NCBI RefSeq assembly: GCF_965212575.1
Contig: NZ_OZ243113.1
Span: forward strand, 1,115,662-1,179,661
Direction of reading: 5' to 3'
Source of the DNA: Flagellimonas sp.
Lineage (GTDB): Bacteria > Bacteroidota > Bacteroidia > Flavobacteriales > Flavobacteriaceae
DNA: 64,000 nt
The notes below the pieces were generated by a model. That model ran no database searches. It had not been told where the DNA came from and worked only from the letters and a program-made list of their open reading frames with translations. The position numbers were made by a program, and so were the translations under genes. The first letter of the stretch is position 1, and the number at the start of each line of letters is the position of its first letter. Of this stretch, positions 38,720-49,043 are shown in pieces.

Positions 38720-40090
38720 CTATTTGCCGATGCAAAAGTTTGAAAAGATGTTGCCCAATAGGTCATCAGTGGTGACACTTCCTGTAATTTCCCCCAAATG
38801 ATATAACGCTCGTTTAATATCAATTGAGATTAAATCACCTGATAAGCCCATTTCCAACCCTTCTTTCACTTTTTGGATTTCTTCCAAGGCTTTAAGTAGC
38901 GAATCATAATGTCTACTATTGGTTACAATGGTTTCACCACTGCTCAGTTTTCCAGAATCTACCAATGAAAGTAATTTTTGTTCAAGTTCGGATATTCCTG
39001 TCCTAAGTTTAGCCGAAAGAAACAAAGTGTCTGGCAAATGTTCTTTAATGGAATTAATCTCTGAATCACGCAGCCTATCCACTTTATTACAGATAGATAA
39101 GAGTTCTTTGTTTGGATAATTGTGTTTTATGGATTCATATTGAGACGTATCACTATTCGACTTATCGAAAAGATAAATAATCAATCTGGCCTTTTCAACT
39201 TTATCAAAAGTACGTTGGATACCAATTTTTTCTACAGCGTCGGTAGTTTCCCGAATCCCAGCCGTATCAATAAACCTAAAATTGATTCCATTGATGCTTA
39301 TTTGGTCTTCCACTGTGTCACGGGTGGTTCCGGCAACATCACTCACAATGGCACGCTCTTCATTCAATAGCGCATTAAGAAGTGTAGACTTACCAACATT
39401 AGGTTCGCCAACAATAGCAACCGGAATCCCGTTCTTGATGACATTGCCCAAGGCAAAGGAGTCAATTAACTTTTTAAGGACTTCACTGATTTTATTCAGA
39501 AGATGATTGAATTGTTCACGATTTGCGAATTCCACATCTTCTTCAGAGAAATCAAGCTCCAATTCAATAAGGGAAGCAAAGTTCAAGAGTTCTTGCCGAA
39601 GTTCTTGGATTTCGTTACTGAAACCTCCTCGCATCTGCTGCATGGCAATTTCATGGGAAGCATCGCTGTCGCTGGCAATCAAATCTGCCACAGCCTCCGC
39701 CTGACTTAAATCCATTTTTCCATTTAGGAACGCCCGCAATGTAAATTCACCGGCTGATGCCATTCGACAACCTTTTTTTAAAAATAACTGTATTATTTGT
39801 TGCTGAATGTAAGACGAACCATGGCAGGATATCTCTACCACATCTTCGCCTGTGTAGGAATTGGGACTTTTAAAAATTGAAACCAAAACTTTATCTATAT
39901 CTTTTTCTTCATTGGTAATAAACCCCAAATGAATAGAATGGCTTCTTTGAGCAACTAATTTCTTTCTTGTAATTGATTTGAATTGAGCATCGACAATTTC
40001 GATTGAATCGGGTCCTGAAACACGAATTATTGCTAATGCACCAGCTCCGGGGGGAGTGGCAAGGGCAATTATGTTCTCTTGATAATACAT
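38720..40090 (-). CDS. mnmE: tRNA modification GTPase MnmE
   Basis: 456 aa. Has ATPPGAGALAIIRVSG, GEPNVGKSTLLNAL and the C-terminal CIGK. Confidence 0.93.
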   Translation of the reverse strand: MYYQENIIALATPPGAGALAIIRVSGPDSIEIVDAQFKSITRKKLVAQRSHSIHLGFITNEEKDIDKVLVSIFKSPNSYTGEDVVEISCHGSSYIQQQIIQLFLKKGCRMASAGEFTLRAFLNGKMDLSQAEAVADLIASDSDASHEIAMQQMRGGFSNEIQELRQELLNFASLIELELDFSEEDVEFANREQFNHLLNKISEVLKKLIDSFALGNVIKNGIPVAIVGEPNVGKSTLLNALLNEERAIVSDVAGTTRDTVEDQISINGINFRFIDTAGIRETTDAVEKIGIQRTFDKVEKARLIIYLFDKSNSDTSQYESIKHNYPNKELLSICNKVDRLRDSEINSIKEHLPDTLFLSAKLRTGISELEQKLLSLVDSGKLSSGETIVTNSRHYDSLLKALEEIQKVKEGLEMGLSGDLISIDIKRALYHLGEITGSVTTDDLLGNIFSNFCIGK

Positions 40091-40174
40091 GTCGGCAAAA
40101 ATACGAATTCGTTAATAGTGTAACGCAAAGCAAATTTTGTATACAGATATAGTAAATCATAAAATCTATAAAAA

Positions 40175-40540
40175 ATGGAAATCATCAATCAAAATCAAAA
40201 TGCAGCACAAAGAGATAATATGCTATTATCCATTGCACATTTGACCCAATTATTACATTATGTTACTGGCTTTGGTGGTTTTATTGTTCCTCTGACCATC
40301 TGGTTAACATCAAGAAAAAATGTTGAAGGTATGGATGAACATGGAAAAGCCATAGTTAACTTTCAGTTGAGTTTGTTACTTTATTTGATAATTAGTATTC
40401 CAGCTATTTTACTTTTTGGACTGGGAATTCTAGGGCTTATTGTAGTTGGAATTTTAGGATTTGTATTGCCTATCGTAAATGCCATAAAGGCATCGAACGG
40501 TGAATCTCCATCCTTATTTTTGACTATTCCCTTTATATAA
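40175..40540 (+). CDS. Small membrane protein, DUF4870-like
   Basis: 121 aa with hydrophobic helices and a HGKAIVNFQLS block. Confidence 0.6.
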   Translation: MEIINQNQNAAQRDNMLLSIAHLTQLLHYVTGFGGFIVPLTIWLTSRKNVEGMDEHGKAIVNFQLSLLLYLIISIPAILLFGLGILGLIVVGILGFVLPIVNAIKASNGESPSLFLTIPFI

Positions 40541-40571
40541 AAAAGCCAGGAAATTCATTCCTGGCTTTTTT
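40540..40571. terminator. Bidirectional intrinsic terminator
   Basis: AAAAAGCCAGG (40540-50), loop AAATTCATT, then CCTGGCTTTTT (40560-70). This is a perfect 11-bp stem with A and T tracts on both sides, lying between convergent genes. Confidence 0.8.
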
Positions 40572-40591
40572 GCATTTATTTCGGTTGTATT

Positions 40592-41653
40592 CTAGTCAAA
40601 GTCACCACAGACGACGGCATGAGCAATTACGTAAATATCACCAGATAGATTTTCTTGAATGCTATACTGTCCAGGAGCAACAGTAGCTTTTCCTTTTTTA
40701 TCGGTTGGGAACATCCCATTACCTGCATAGGTATGTGTCTCATCAACAGTATAATCATCATCAATATTGTATGTTACTGTTACGTCACCACCCACATAAC
40801 TCACATCTACCGTACCTACTAACTCTCCTTTGTTAATGTCACACTGTCCGGCAGCTGCATAAATCTCATAGGACTCTTCAGCACCTTCGGAAAGAGGACC
40901 TATAGTCCAACCCCATCTGCTGAAACCTTCATCCAAGAAACAGGTATTTCCGTTATCACCTCTTGCAAAGGCGGTTTCACATGAAGGTTCCGGTTCACAA
41001 CCAAGAGGAATTGGTATTATTACAGACTGGCGGAAGTTGTTCGGAATCAAAACAATTGCCAAGACGTCACCTTCTCCAGGCTCATAACCTTCTCCATTTG
41101 CAATGGCAGCATCAACAATTTCCTGTCCCCTATCAATGCTCCAATCGCTTCCAAAGTCACTACAGGTTTGACAATTGTTGTCATCTATCAATTCCCAGAT
41201 AGCCCATTGTACATCACCAAATGTAAAAGCACCACCGCTGGTAGATTCTTTTCCTACAAAATTTTGGTTTAGAATCCAGTTGACCAAATCAAAGTTCTGT
41301 GGATTCTCAAAGAAATTCGCAGGAAGTGTTTCATAACTGGAATATACTGATGCCTCAAAACATTCTTGATCTCCCAAATCCAAATCTATATCTACGCACC
41401 ATGCACCATAATCTCCGGCTAGTTCGGTGTCACTAATGGTTAAATCAAAAAAAGTGCCTCCTGCATCTTCACCTTGAGCGGTAGTACATGCATTTACAAT
41501 AGATGGTAGATCAGGTGTCACACTTACCACGCAATCTTCACTAAGCTCCCCTAGGGCTTCAACCCCATGGATTTCAGAATCAGCAGGCTCTGTCTCACAA
41601 GAGTACAGACCAATAACAGTTACAGCCAAACAGGCCAATAGTAATTTTTTCAT
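40592..41653 (-). CDS. Acidic, Cys-rich lipoprotein of unknown function
   Basis: 353 aa. Lipobox GLYSC, many D/E residues and 14 Cys. I recognise no catalytic motif. Confidence 0.8.
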   Translation of the reverse strand: MKKLLLACLAVTVIGLYSCETEPADSEIHGVEALGELSEDCVVSVTPDLPSIVNACTTAQGEDAGGTFFDLTISDTELAGDYGAWCVDIDLDLGDQECFEASVYSSYETLPANFFENPQNFDLVNWILNQNFVGKESTSGGAFTFGDVQWAIWELIDDNNCQTCSDFGSDWSIDRGQEIVDAAIANGEGYEPGEGDVLAIVLIPNNFRQSVIIPIPLGCEPEPSCETAFARGDNGNTCFLDEGFSRWGWTIGPLSEGAEESYEIYAAAGQCDINKGELVGTVDVSYVGGDVTVTYNIDDDYTVDETHTYAGNGMFPTDKKGKATVAPGQYSIQENLSGDIYVIAHAVVCGDFD

Positions 41654-41839
41654 GTTTTTCGATAATTTAGTTAATGTTTACCTGGGGAATTGCCGTAAAA
41701 CTAGTGATAAGGGCGTGTGCTCTTAAAAAATGACGGTAAAACGTAGAGAAAATCGCCGAAACGCATGTCAAATCTGACATGTATTATGCCTTATCATAAT
41801 CTTTAATTAAAATGTAGGAAGTAGCTTACCAGTAATTAA

Positions 41840-42958
41840 TTAACCATTCAGCATAACCGGCATAACCAGCATGGTGACCAGTTCGCCTTCGTCCAATCCA
41901 TCAATGGGAGTCAAGATGCCTGCACGGTTGGGCAAACTCATTTCCAAGGAAACATCGTCTGAGGTTAAATTGTTAAGCATTTCCACCAAAAATCTTGAGT
42001 TGAAACCTATCTGCATATCATCACCTTGGTAGGAGCAAGAAAGTCTTTCTTCCGCCTTGTTGCTGTAATCCACATCTTCTGCGGAAATATTCAATTCGGC
42101 CCCCGCAATTTTTAACCGAATTTGATGTGTCGTCTTATTCGAGAAAATGGAAACCCTGCGTACCGAACTCAAGAATTGATTTCTTGAAATGGTAAGCTTG
42201 TTTGGATTTTCCTTTGGGATAACAGCCTCGTAATTAGGATATTTTCCGTCAATCAATCGGCAAATCAACTCTGAATTTTCAAAAATGAACTTGGCGTTGC
42301 TATCATTGTACTCGATGGTAACTTCTGACTCGGAACCAGATAAAATTCCCTTGAGCAAGTTCAACGGTTTTTTCGGCATTATAAATTCAGCAACTTGGGA
42401 GGCTGAAACATCGTTTCGTTGATATTTCACCAATTTATGCGCATCCGTAGCTACAAAAGTCAAATTTTCAGTGGAAAATTGAAAAAAGACACCGCTCATC
42501 ACGGGTCTCAAGTCATCGTTGCCTGCAGCAAAAATGGTCTTATTAATAGCGGTTGCCAAAACATCGCCCAGAAGTGTAGTGGAACTGGGATTTGATACTT
42601 CAACAGCTTTTGGAAATTCAGCCCCATCAGCATAGGCCAATGCATATTTACCGTGATTTGAGCTGATTTCAACTGTATTGTTATCCTCAACAACAAAAGT
42701 CAATGGTTGCTCTGGGAAGGTTTTTAAGGTATCCAATAATAGCCTTGCAGGAACCGCAATGGCCCCTTCGGCATCCGAATCAACCTCCAAAACGGAACTC
42801 ATGGTAGTTTCCAAATCGGAAGCGGACACGGTCAACTTGTTCTGTTTTAAATCAAATAGGAAATTGTCAAGTATAGGTAGCGTATTGCTATTGTTGATAA
42901 CACCTCCCAAAACCTGCAATTGTTTTAACAAATATGTGCTGGATACGATAAACTTCAT
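41840..42958 (-). CDS. dnaN: DNA polymerase III beta subunit (sliding clamp)
   Basis: 372 aa. MKFIVSSTYLLKQLQVLGGVI...LPILDNFLF, with a three-domain length and a C-terminal LVMPVML. Confidence 0.92.
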   Translation of the reverse strand: MKFIVSSTYLLKQLQVLGGVINNSNTLPILDNFLFDLKQNKLTVSASDLETTMSSVLEVDSDAEGAIAVPARLLLDTLKTFPEQPLTFVVEDNNTVEISSNHGKYALAYADGAEFPKAVEVSNPSSTTLLGDVLATAINKTIFAAGNDDLRPVMSGVFFQFSTENLTFVATDAHKLVKYQRNDVSASQVAEFIMPKKPLNLLKGILSGSESEVTIEYNDSNAKFIFENSELICRLIDGKYPNYEAVIPKENPNKLTISRNQFLSSVRRVSIFSNKTTHQIRLKIAGAELNISAEDVDYSNKAEERLSCSYQGDDMQIGFNSRFLVEMLNNLTSDDVSLEMSLPNRAGILTPIDGLDEGELVTMLVMPVMLNG

Positions 42959-43068
42959 TAAAGAAATTCTTTTAATATTGACGCCCTAAAGGTTTGGCTA
43001 GGGCAGATAAATCGATAAAAACAAATATATTTTAAAACCCCTTAGTAAAGAAACAAACTTATTAACAT

Positions 43069-44733
43069 CTACGCGGCATATTTTCGCTTGCGATAGTATC
43101 TGAAGAAAATACCGGCCAACAGGGTCAATACCACTGGAATCCCAATGTTTATGAATTGCCATTTGCTTTTTTGTACTGCAATTTTCTCCGTATCGAGCAA
43201 CGGAATGGAAACTCTTTTATTTCTAATGTTTATAAGTCCAGTATCATCAAGCAGGTAATTAATGCAATTCACCAAAAATTCTTTGTTTCCATAGGAACTA
43301 TTGGTCCATTTGTCGTACCCCAGTTCCAAAGGCCCGCCATTTCGCAATTGATTTTTTATAAGATCACCATCTGAGACAATGATCATCTTGTTTTCTGGAC
43401 CTGTTTCCTGTATTTCTGAAAAATCTAACGGCTTAATTCTGTTTTTGAACATGGAACTGAATTTCCCTTCGATCAAAACTGCCAAAGGGTGGTTCCCATC
43501 TGTGTACGATTCTCTATCAGGAGGAGTATTCAATATATCCAAACCAATTTGTCTTGGGGTTCCATCTGTTTTTGATAATGGCGAACTCTGTAAAAGTGCG
43601 GTTTTGCGGTAATCGTTTTCCAGAATATCCATAGGACTGGTGAATTGATAGCGTACCGCTTCAATATTGGTGTTTATGGGATGATTGTTTCTTGAAAACA
43701 CCATTGGATGGTAATACCAGGGAACAGGGTTGTACTGTGAATCATTTCCTTCACCGGAGGCCAACACAATTTGGGTGAAATACAGGTCATTTATCAGCAC
43801 CGGGTTGATGCGTACGCCATAATTGAAAAAGAAATCTTTTAGGTTGAGATCTCGTGGTATGGCCAGAGCGCTTCCCCCATTGTTAAAAATGCTATCCATT
43901 TCCATGGCTACTTGATCCATTAGCCAAATCGACCTTCCACCATTGACCACAAATTGATCTAGCACAAACTTTTCCTCATCCGAAAAGACTTCGGTTGGTT
44001 TTGCAATAAGAGCGAGGTCAAATGCATTTAGCTGATCTAATGTTTTTTGTGGATTTTCAGCCACCGAATCCAAAGTAATGGCGCCAATGTTATAATATTC
44101 CCGGATAGTGGTCAAATAATCGGCGATGTAAATATCATCCAATTCACCATTGCCCTTAATAACGGCCACACGCTTTTTATCGGTAATGCTCAATTTGGTG
44201 AAAGCATCGGCAAATGCATATTCCAATTGTTGAACCGAATTGTTGATACGGTCCTCCATCGAGGATCCCAATTTGTTTTTGAGCAAGGATACCTTAACGG
44301 TTTTATTTTTGTAATTGACCATGGCCCATGGAAAGACCAGTTCTTGTGAGACTTTTCCATTTTCCTCTATCGTAACATTGGCGGGTTTTAGACCGATTTG
44401 TTGTAAATCGGCAATGGTTTGCTGGCTTCGGGTTTCATCCTCCAGCGGATTGACCAAATTGTATTGAATATGCTTGTTTTTTACCGTAAACGATTCCAAC
44501 AATTGAATGGTCTCCACTTTTAATTTTGCAAATTCAGGTGGAATGTTTCCATCCAATAATACATCAACAATTACGGGCGAGTCAAATTTTTGCACAGCCT
44601 CAACCGAAGGTTGGGATAAAGTGAACCTTTTATCTTCGGTTAAATCAAATCTTCCATAGAAAAAACCGGCAATTACATTCAGAACAACCACTATCGCCAA
44701 AACTTTTACAGCCGAAATAACAAACTTCCCCAT
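43069..44733 (-). CDS. gldG: GldG-like gliding-motility ABC transporter auxiliary protein
   Basis: 554 aa with N- and C-terminal TM anchors. RFDLTEDKRFTLS is typical of GldG. A TAATG overlap links it to the upstream ABC-2 permease gene. Confidence 0.75.
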   Translation of the reverse strand: MGKFVISAVKVLAIVVVLNVIAGFFYGRFDLTEDKRFTLSQPSVEAVQKFDSPVIVDVLLDGNIPPEFAKLKVETIQLLESFTVKNKHIQYNLVNPLEDETRSQQTIADLQQIGLKPANVTIEENGKVSQELVFPWAMVNYKNKTVKVSLLKNKLGSSMEDRINNSVQQLEYAFADAFTKLSITDKKRVAVIKGNGELDDIYIADYLTTIREYYNIGAITLDSVAENPQKTLDQLNAFDLALIAKPTEVFSDEEKFVLDQFVVNGGRSIWLMDQVAMEMDSIFNNGGSALAIPRDLNLKDFFFNYGVRINPVLINDLYFTQIVLASGEGNDSQYNPVPWYYHPMVFSRNNHPINTNIEAVRYQFTSPMDILENDYRKTALLQSSPLSKTDGTPRQIGLDILNTPPDRESYTDGNHPLAVLIEGKFSSMFKNRIKPLDFSEIQETGPENKMIIVSDGDLIKNQLRNGGPLELGYDKWTNSSYGNKEFLVNCINYLLDDTGLINIRNKRVSIPLLDTEKIAVQKSKWQFINIGIPVVLTLLAGIFFRYYRKRKYAA

Positions 44734-45476
44734 TAGTATGCCAGTTGTTTTAAGCGTTGAAAGGTCAGATATAAAAAGAAAATCGAGATAGAAATAAAGA
44801 ACACAAGGTCTCGCGTGTCGATGATACCTCTGGCGATACTGTTGAAATGCGCTTTAGCCCCAATACCTTGAATCAATTGCTGAATTTCTCCATTGGAAAA
44901 CAAGGATGAAACCGCTTCAAAACCATTGAACATTAAAAAGCAAATCAGAATACCAATAATAAAGGAGACAATTTGGTTATCGGATAGGGTCGATGCGAAA
45001 ACACCCATTGAAGTATAAGCTGCAATCAAAAAGAAAAGCCCGAAATAAGAGCCGAGCACCACACCAGAATCAAAATTTCCTTCCACAATACCTAAGCTCG
45101 AGATAGAGAATACATAAATGATGGTGGGAACAACGGCAATGACACAGAGAAAAAAAGCGCCCCAAAACTTCCCCAAAACCAGTTTCCAAATGGAGATAGG
45201 TTTAATGAGCAATAACTCCAACGTACCCACTTTTCGTTCCTCGGAAAAGCTTTTCATGGTAATTGCAGGAACCAAAAAGATAAAAATCCATGGCGCCAAC
45301 AAAAATAGATTGCCCAAATCCGCAAAACCATAATCAAAAATGTTGTATTCCCCCTTAAAGACCCATAGGAACAGGCCGTTGAGCAGAAGAAACAACCCAA
45401 CAATCAAATAACCTATGGGAGATGTGAAAAAAGACTGTACTTCTCGTTTAAAAATGGCAAACATTTCAGTTGTCAA
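44733..45476 (-). CDS. gldF: GldF-like ABC-2 type transporter permease
   Basis: 247 aa, polytopic, directly coupled to gldG. No ATPase (gldA) is present in the window. Confidence 0.72.
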   Translation of the reverse strand: MTTEMFAIFKREVQSFFTSPIGYLIVGLFLLLNGLFLWVFKGEYNIFDYGFADLGNLFLLAPWIFIFLVPAITMKSFSEERKVGTLELLLIKPISIWKLVLGKFWGAFFLCVIAVVPTIIYVFSISSLGIVEGNFDSGVVLGSYFGLFFLIAAYTSMGVFASTLSDNQIVSFIIGILICFLMFNGFEAVSSLFSNGEIQQLIQGIGAKAHFNSIARGIIDTRDLVFFISISIFFLYLTFQRLKQLAY

Positions 45477-45538
45477 TTAACAGTTATCAATGATCAATTA
45501 TTTATTAAAGGTGATGGATATCGTTGATGTTTGCATTG

Positions 45539-45850
45539 CTAATTGAACATTGTTTTATTGCTCATTGAACGTTGTTTTAAACTCCAGGCTTCCGGCTTTT
45601 CTGCAAACAATTGTTTGGTTTTGCTCCAAACTTCCTTAAAAAAATCCGATGCTCTATAATTTTCCAAATCCGATTCTTTGTCCCAAAAGCTATAGGTGAA
45701 AAAGATACATGGATTTTTAAGGTCCTGGTATAATTCTACTTTATTGCATCCCTGAAAATCCGTAATTCCCGATTTTGTTGTTTCAAAGATTCGCTCAAAA
45801 CTAGGAATATTTTCGGGTTTAAAAGTGAGTTTAACAATGCGTATCAACAT
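45539..45850 (-). CDS. ABM (antibiotic biosynthesis monooxygenase)-like small protein
   Basis: 103 aa. The length and alpha+beta pattern (IRIVKLTFKPE...FWDKESDLENYR) fit; this is a weak call. Confidence 0.5.
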   Translation of the reverse strand: MLIRIVKLTFKPENIPSFERIFETTKSGITDFQGCNKVELYQDLKNPCIFFTYSFWDKESDLENYRASDFFKEVWSKTKQLFAEKPEAWSLKQRSMSNKTMFN

Positions 45851-46681
45851 TTATAAGAAATTTATGGTCACGGTATCCCTGTAATTTAAACCTAATAGGG
45901 TAGAGGCCCCTCCCACGGTATTCAGGTCACTTTTATAGATGGCCAGTTCAATGTATCCTGCGGAATTGAACAACGCCAAAGCGTCTCCGGGCCCTTTACG
46001 TTGCCCTTTCTCCAAACTAAAATTGACAATTCCGTTATAGCTATTGTGAATTGCTGTGATTTTATTGGTTCGGGCAATTACCTCAAAATCACGACCATTG
46101 CGGTAGGCCTCAAACAAACTTTTCTGGATGTTGGTGATCACATTCCCATAATTGTCAACGTAAACCACATTGCCAATAATGGTTTTTCCATTGTTTGAAA
46201 TGCGCGGTTCAAACTCACGAAGTTCCTTTAGATCATCAAAGGGCTTTCCAATGACCTCCAAAGTTCCGCCACGAGCAATATGACAGGCTACTTGCACAAA
46301 AACATTCATAACGGGAAAAGAACTTGGACTAAAACCCGGAATGCTTATTTCCACTACTTTTTCTGGTTTTACTTCCGAAGTAATCAACGAAATAACCCCG
46401 TTATTGGCACTAATAAAATAATGTCCGTCAACCTGAACGGCTATATGCTGATTTTCCGGGGATTGCTCTGAGTCAACACCTACAATGTGGACGGTTCCCG
46501 AAGGGAATGAACGGTAGGCATTTTTAAGGATATAAGCACACTCTTGAATGTTGAAGGGGTTTATCTCGTGCGAAATATCAACAATGTTAACATCGGGTAA
46601 GTTATTCAGAATGGTTCCCTTTATTGCACCAACAAAGTGATCTTTATGGCCAAAATCAGTAGTTAAGGTTATGATAGCCAT
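45851..46681 (-). CDS. SAM hydrolase / SAM hydroxide adenosyltransferase family (DUF62)
   Basis: 276 aa. Starts with MAIITLTTDFGHKDHFVGAIKG, which is characteristic of this family. Confidence 0.8.
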   Translation of the reverse strand: MAIITLTTDFGHKDHFVGAIKGTILNNLPDVNIVDISHEINPFNIQECAYILKNAYRSFPSGTVHIVGVDSEQSPENQHIAVQVDGHYFISANNGVISLITSEVKPEKVVEISIPGFSPSSFPVMNVFVQVACHIARGGTLEVIGKPFDDLKELREFEPRISNNGKTIIGNVVYVDNYGNVITNIQKSLFEAYRNGRDFEVIARTNKITAIHNSYNGIVNFSLEKGQRKGPGDALALFNSAGYIELAIYKSDLNTVGGASTLLGLNYRDTVTINFL

Positions 46682-46802
46682 GCAGTACTGTTGATATGTT
46701 TTTCCCCGTTCAAATCGTTTTTTGGTTAAGTTTGTGGGGTAAAATTAAGTAAAAAGAAAGAATAAAATTTCTTCAAAAAATAACCTTTAAATACCCCATT
46801 TA

Positions 46803-47756
46803 TTGAACGAGCTGATTATTGAACTGACGGAGATAAGCCCACAGGATTTCTTTGGGCAGCAGAATGAGAATATCGAGCTACTTAAAAAGTACTTCCCAAA
46901 GCTTAAAATAGTGGCCAGGGGAAGCAAAATCAAAGTATACGGAGACGAAGAATTATTGGAGGAGTTCGACCGGCGCTTTGATATGCTCACGGCCCATTTT
47001 GCCAAATACAATAAACTGGATGAAAATTCCATAGAGCGCGTACTTACGAGCAATGGACAAGAGGATTACAGCTCTTCCAAAAGTAGTGGCGATGTTTTGG
47101 TCCATGGTGTCAGTGGTAGATTGATCAAGGCCCAAACCGTGAATCAACGCAAATTGGTTGACGCCTGTAAAAAGGACGATATGGTCTTTGCCATCGGCCC
47201 TGCAGGAACTGGAAAAACCTATACCGGTGTCGCCCTCGCAGTAAAAGCCTTAAAGGAAAAACAGGTTAGACGTATTATTCTGACCCGCCCAGCCGTTGAG
47301 GCAGGTGAGAATTTAGGATTTCTTCCTGGCGATTTAAAAGAAAAGTTGGATCCCTACATGCAACCGTTATACGATGCACTTCGTGATATGATTGCTCCAG
47401 AGAAATTGGAAAAATATATAGAAGATGGCACCATTCAAATTGCACCCATGGCCTTTATGCGAGGTAGGACATTGGATAATGCCTTTGTTATTCTTGATGA
47501 GGCTCAAAATACTACCCATGCCCAAATGAAAATGTTCCTCACCCGTATGGGAAAGAATGCCAAATTTCTTTTGACCGGCGATCCAGGACAAATCGATTTA
47601 CCACGAAGGGTAATCTCAGGACTCAAGGAAGCCCTCCTGATTTTGAAAAATGTTGAGGGCATCAGCATTATTTACTTGGATGATAAAGATGTGATTCGAC
47701 ATAAATTGGTCAAAAAAGTCATTGACGCCTACAAAAATATTGAGCACCAAAACTAG
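46803..47756 (+). CDS. phoH: PhoH-like ATPase
   Basis: 317 aa. Has GPAGTGKTY, ILTRPAVEAGENLGFLPGD and ILDEAQN. TTG start. Confidence 0.9.
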   Translation: MNELIIELTEISPQDFFGQQNENIELLKKYFPKLKIVARGSKIKVYGDEELLEEFDRRFDMLTAHFAKYNKLDENSIERVLTSNGQEDYSSSKSSGDVLVHGVSGRLIKAQTVNQRKLVDACKKDDMVFAIGPAGTGKTYTGVALAVKALKEKQVRRIILTRPAVEAGENLGFLPGDLKEKLDPYMQPLYDALRDMIAPEKLEKYIEDGTIQIAPMAFMRGRTLDNAFVILDEAQNTTHAQMKMFLTRMGKNAKFLLTGDPGQIDLPRRVISGLKEALLILKNVEGISIIYLDDKDVIRHKLVKKVIDAYKNIEHQN

Positions 47757-47762
47757 CTTAGC

Positions 47763-48719
47763 ATGCCAAATACATTGATGGATACCAATTTCCATTTCTC
47801 TGGACAAAAATCGGTTTATAAAGGAAAAGTGAGAGAGGTGTATACTTTGCAAAACGATATTTTGGTTATGGTTGCCACCGATCGTTTATCAGCTTTTGAT
47901 GTTGTAATGCCAAAAGGAATTCCTTACAAGGGACAAATACTCAACCAGATTGCCACCAAAATGATGAAGGCCACGGAAGATATTGTTCCCAACTGGTTGA
48001 TGGCCACACCAGATGCCAATGTTGCGGTGGGAAAAGCCTGTGAACCTTTTAAGGTCGAAATGGTGATCCGGGGATATATGTCAGGACATGCTGCACGTGA
48101 ATACAAGACCGGAAAACGCATTTTATGCGGAGAACCTATGCCTGAAGGCATGAAGGAAAATGACAAATTTCCAGAACCCATCATCACTCCTGCCACCAAA
48201 GCTGAGCAGGGCGATCACGATGAGGATATTTCAAAAGCCGAAATTTTAAGTCGGGGAATCGTCTCGGAAGAAGATTATGCCGTTCTGGAAAAATACACCA
48301 AAGCACTTTTTCAAAGAGGAACGGAATTGGCTGCCAAAAGAGGTTTGATTCTTGTTGATACCAAATACGAGTTTGGAAAAACCAAGGATGGGGAAATTGT
48401 GTTGATCGATGAAATCCATACCCCGGACTCATCGCGATATTTTTATGCGGAGGGATATGAAGAACGTCAAGCAAAAGGCGAGGCCCAAAAACAGTTGTCC
48501 AAGGAATTTGTTCGGCAATGGCTCATTTCAAACGGATTTCAAGGACTGGAAGGCCAAACCTTGCCAGAAATGAGCGATGAATACATCGAATCGGTTTCTG
48601 ACCGCTATATAGAACTTTATGAAAGTATCACAGGTGAAATTTTCCAGAAGGCCGATGTCTCCAACATCCATGAACGCATAGGTCAAAATGTTTCTAACTA
48701 TTTGAATTCAATCAGTTAA
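47763..48719 (+). CDS. purC: Phosphoribosylaminoimidazole-succinocarboxamide (SAICAR) synthase
   Basis: 318 aa. Has [17 protein letters not shown] and [10 protein letters not shown]. Confidence 0.9.
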   Translation: MPNTLMDTNFHFSGQKSVYKGKVREVYTLQNDILVMVATDRLSAFDVVMPKGIPYKGQILNQIATKMMKATEDIVPNWLMATPDANVAVGKACEPFKVEMVIRGYMSGHAAREYKTGKRILCGEPMPEGMKENDKFPEPIITPATKAEQGDHDEDISKAEILSRGIVSEEDYAVLEKYTKALFQRGTELAAKRGLILVDTKYEFGKTKDGEIVLIDEIHTPDSSRYFYAEGYEERQAKGEAQKQLSKEFVRQWLISNGFQGLEGQTLPEMSDEYIESVSDRYIELYESITGEIFQKADVSNIHERIGQNVSNYLNSIS

Positions 48720-48785
48720 AAATTGTCCCCTCGAGGAGACTTTAGAGGTGTTTTTCATATATTTCAAGAATAAACCAACCTTGAA

Positions 48786-49040
48786 ATGGACGCTTCGCAA
48801 CGCAAAAAATATTGGCGGGAAAATCTAAGATACCTCGCTATTCTTCTCATAATCTGGTTTTTGGTCTCGTATGGCTTTGGAATTCTTCTCGTGGATGAGT
48901 TGAATACCATTCGTTTAGGAGGTTTCAAATTGGGCTTTTGGTTTGCGCAACAAGGCTCAATATACGTTTTTGTGCTGCTCATCTTCATATACGTCCGCTT
49001 GATGAACAAGTTGGATAAAAAATACGGGGTAAACGAATAA
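48786..49040 (+). CDS. DUF4212 small subunit of Na+/solute symporter
   Basis: 84 aa with two TM helices. YWRENLR...GFWFAQQGSIYVF is typical, and it lies directly upstream of the symporter gene. Confidence 0.75.
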   Translation: MDASQRKKYWRENLRYLAILLIIWFLVSYGFGILLVDELNTIRLGGFKLGFWFAQQGSIYVFVLLIFIYVRLMNKLDKKYGVNE

Positions 49041-49043
49041 GAT

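Noticed and set aside
42983-43004. GCCCTA-N10-TAGGGC hairpin between gldG and dnaN, and CATGTCA-AATC-TGACATG (41764-41781) downstream of dnaN; possible terminators.
   Set aside because: The stems are short (6-7 bp) and no U tract follows on the transcribed (minus) strand. They are recorded but not called.
48725-48740. Near-palindrome GTCCCCTCGAGGAGAC after purC; possible terminator.
   Set aside because: One internal mismatch and a 4-nt loop leave only a marginal stem. Confidence is too low for a feature call.
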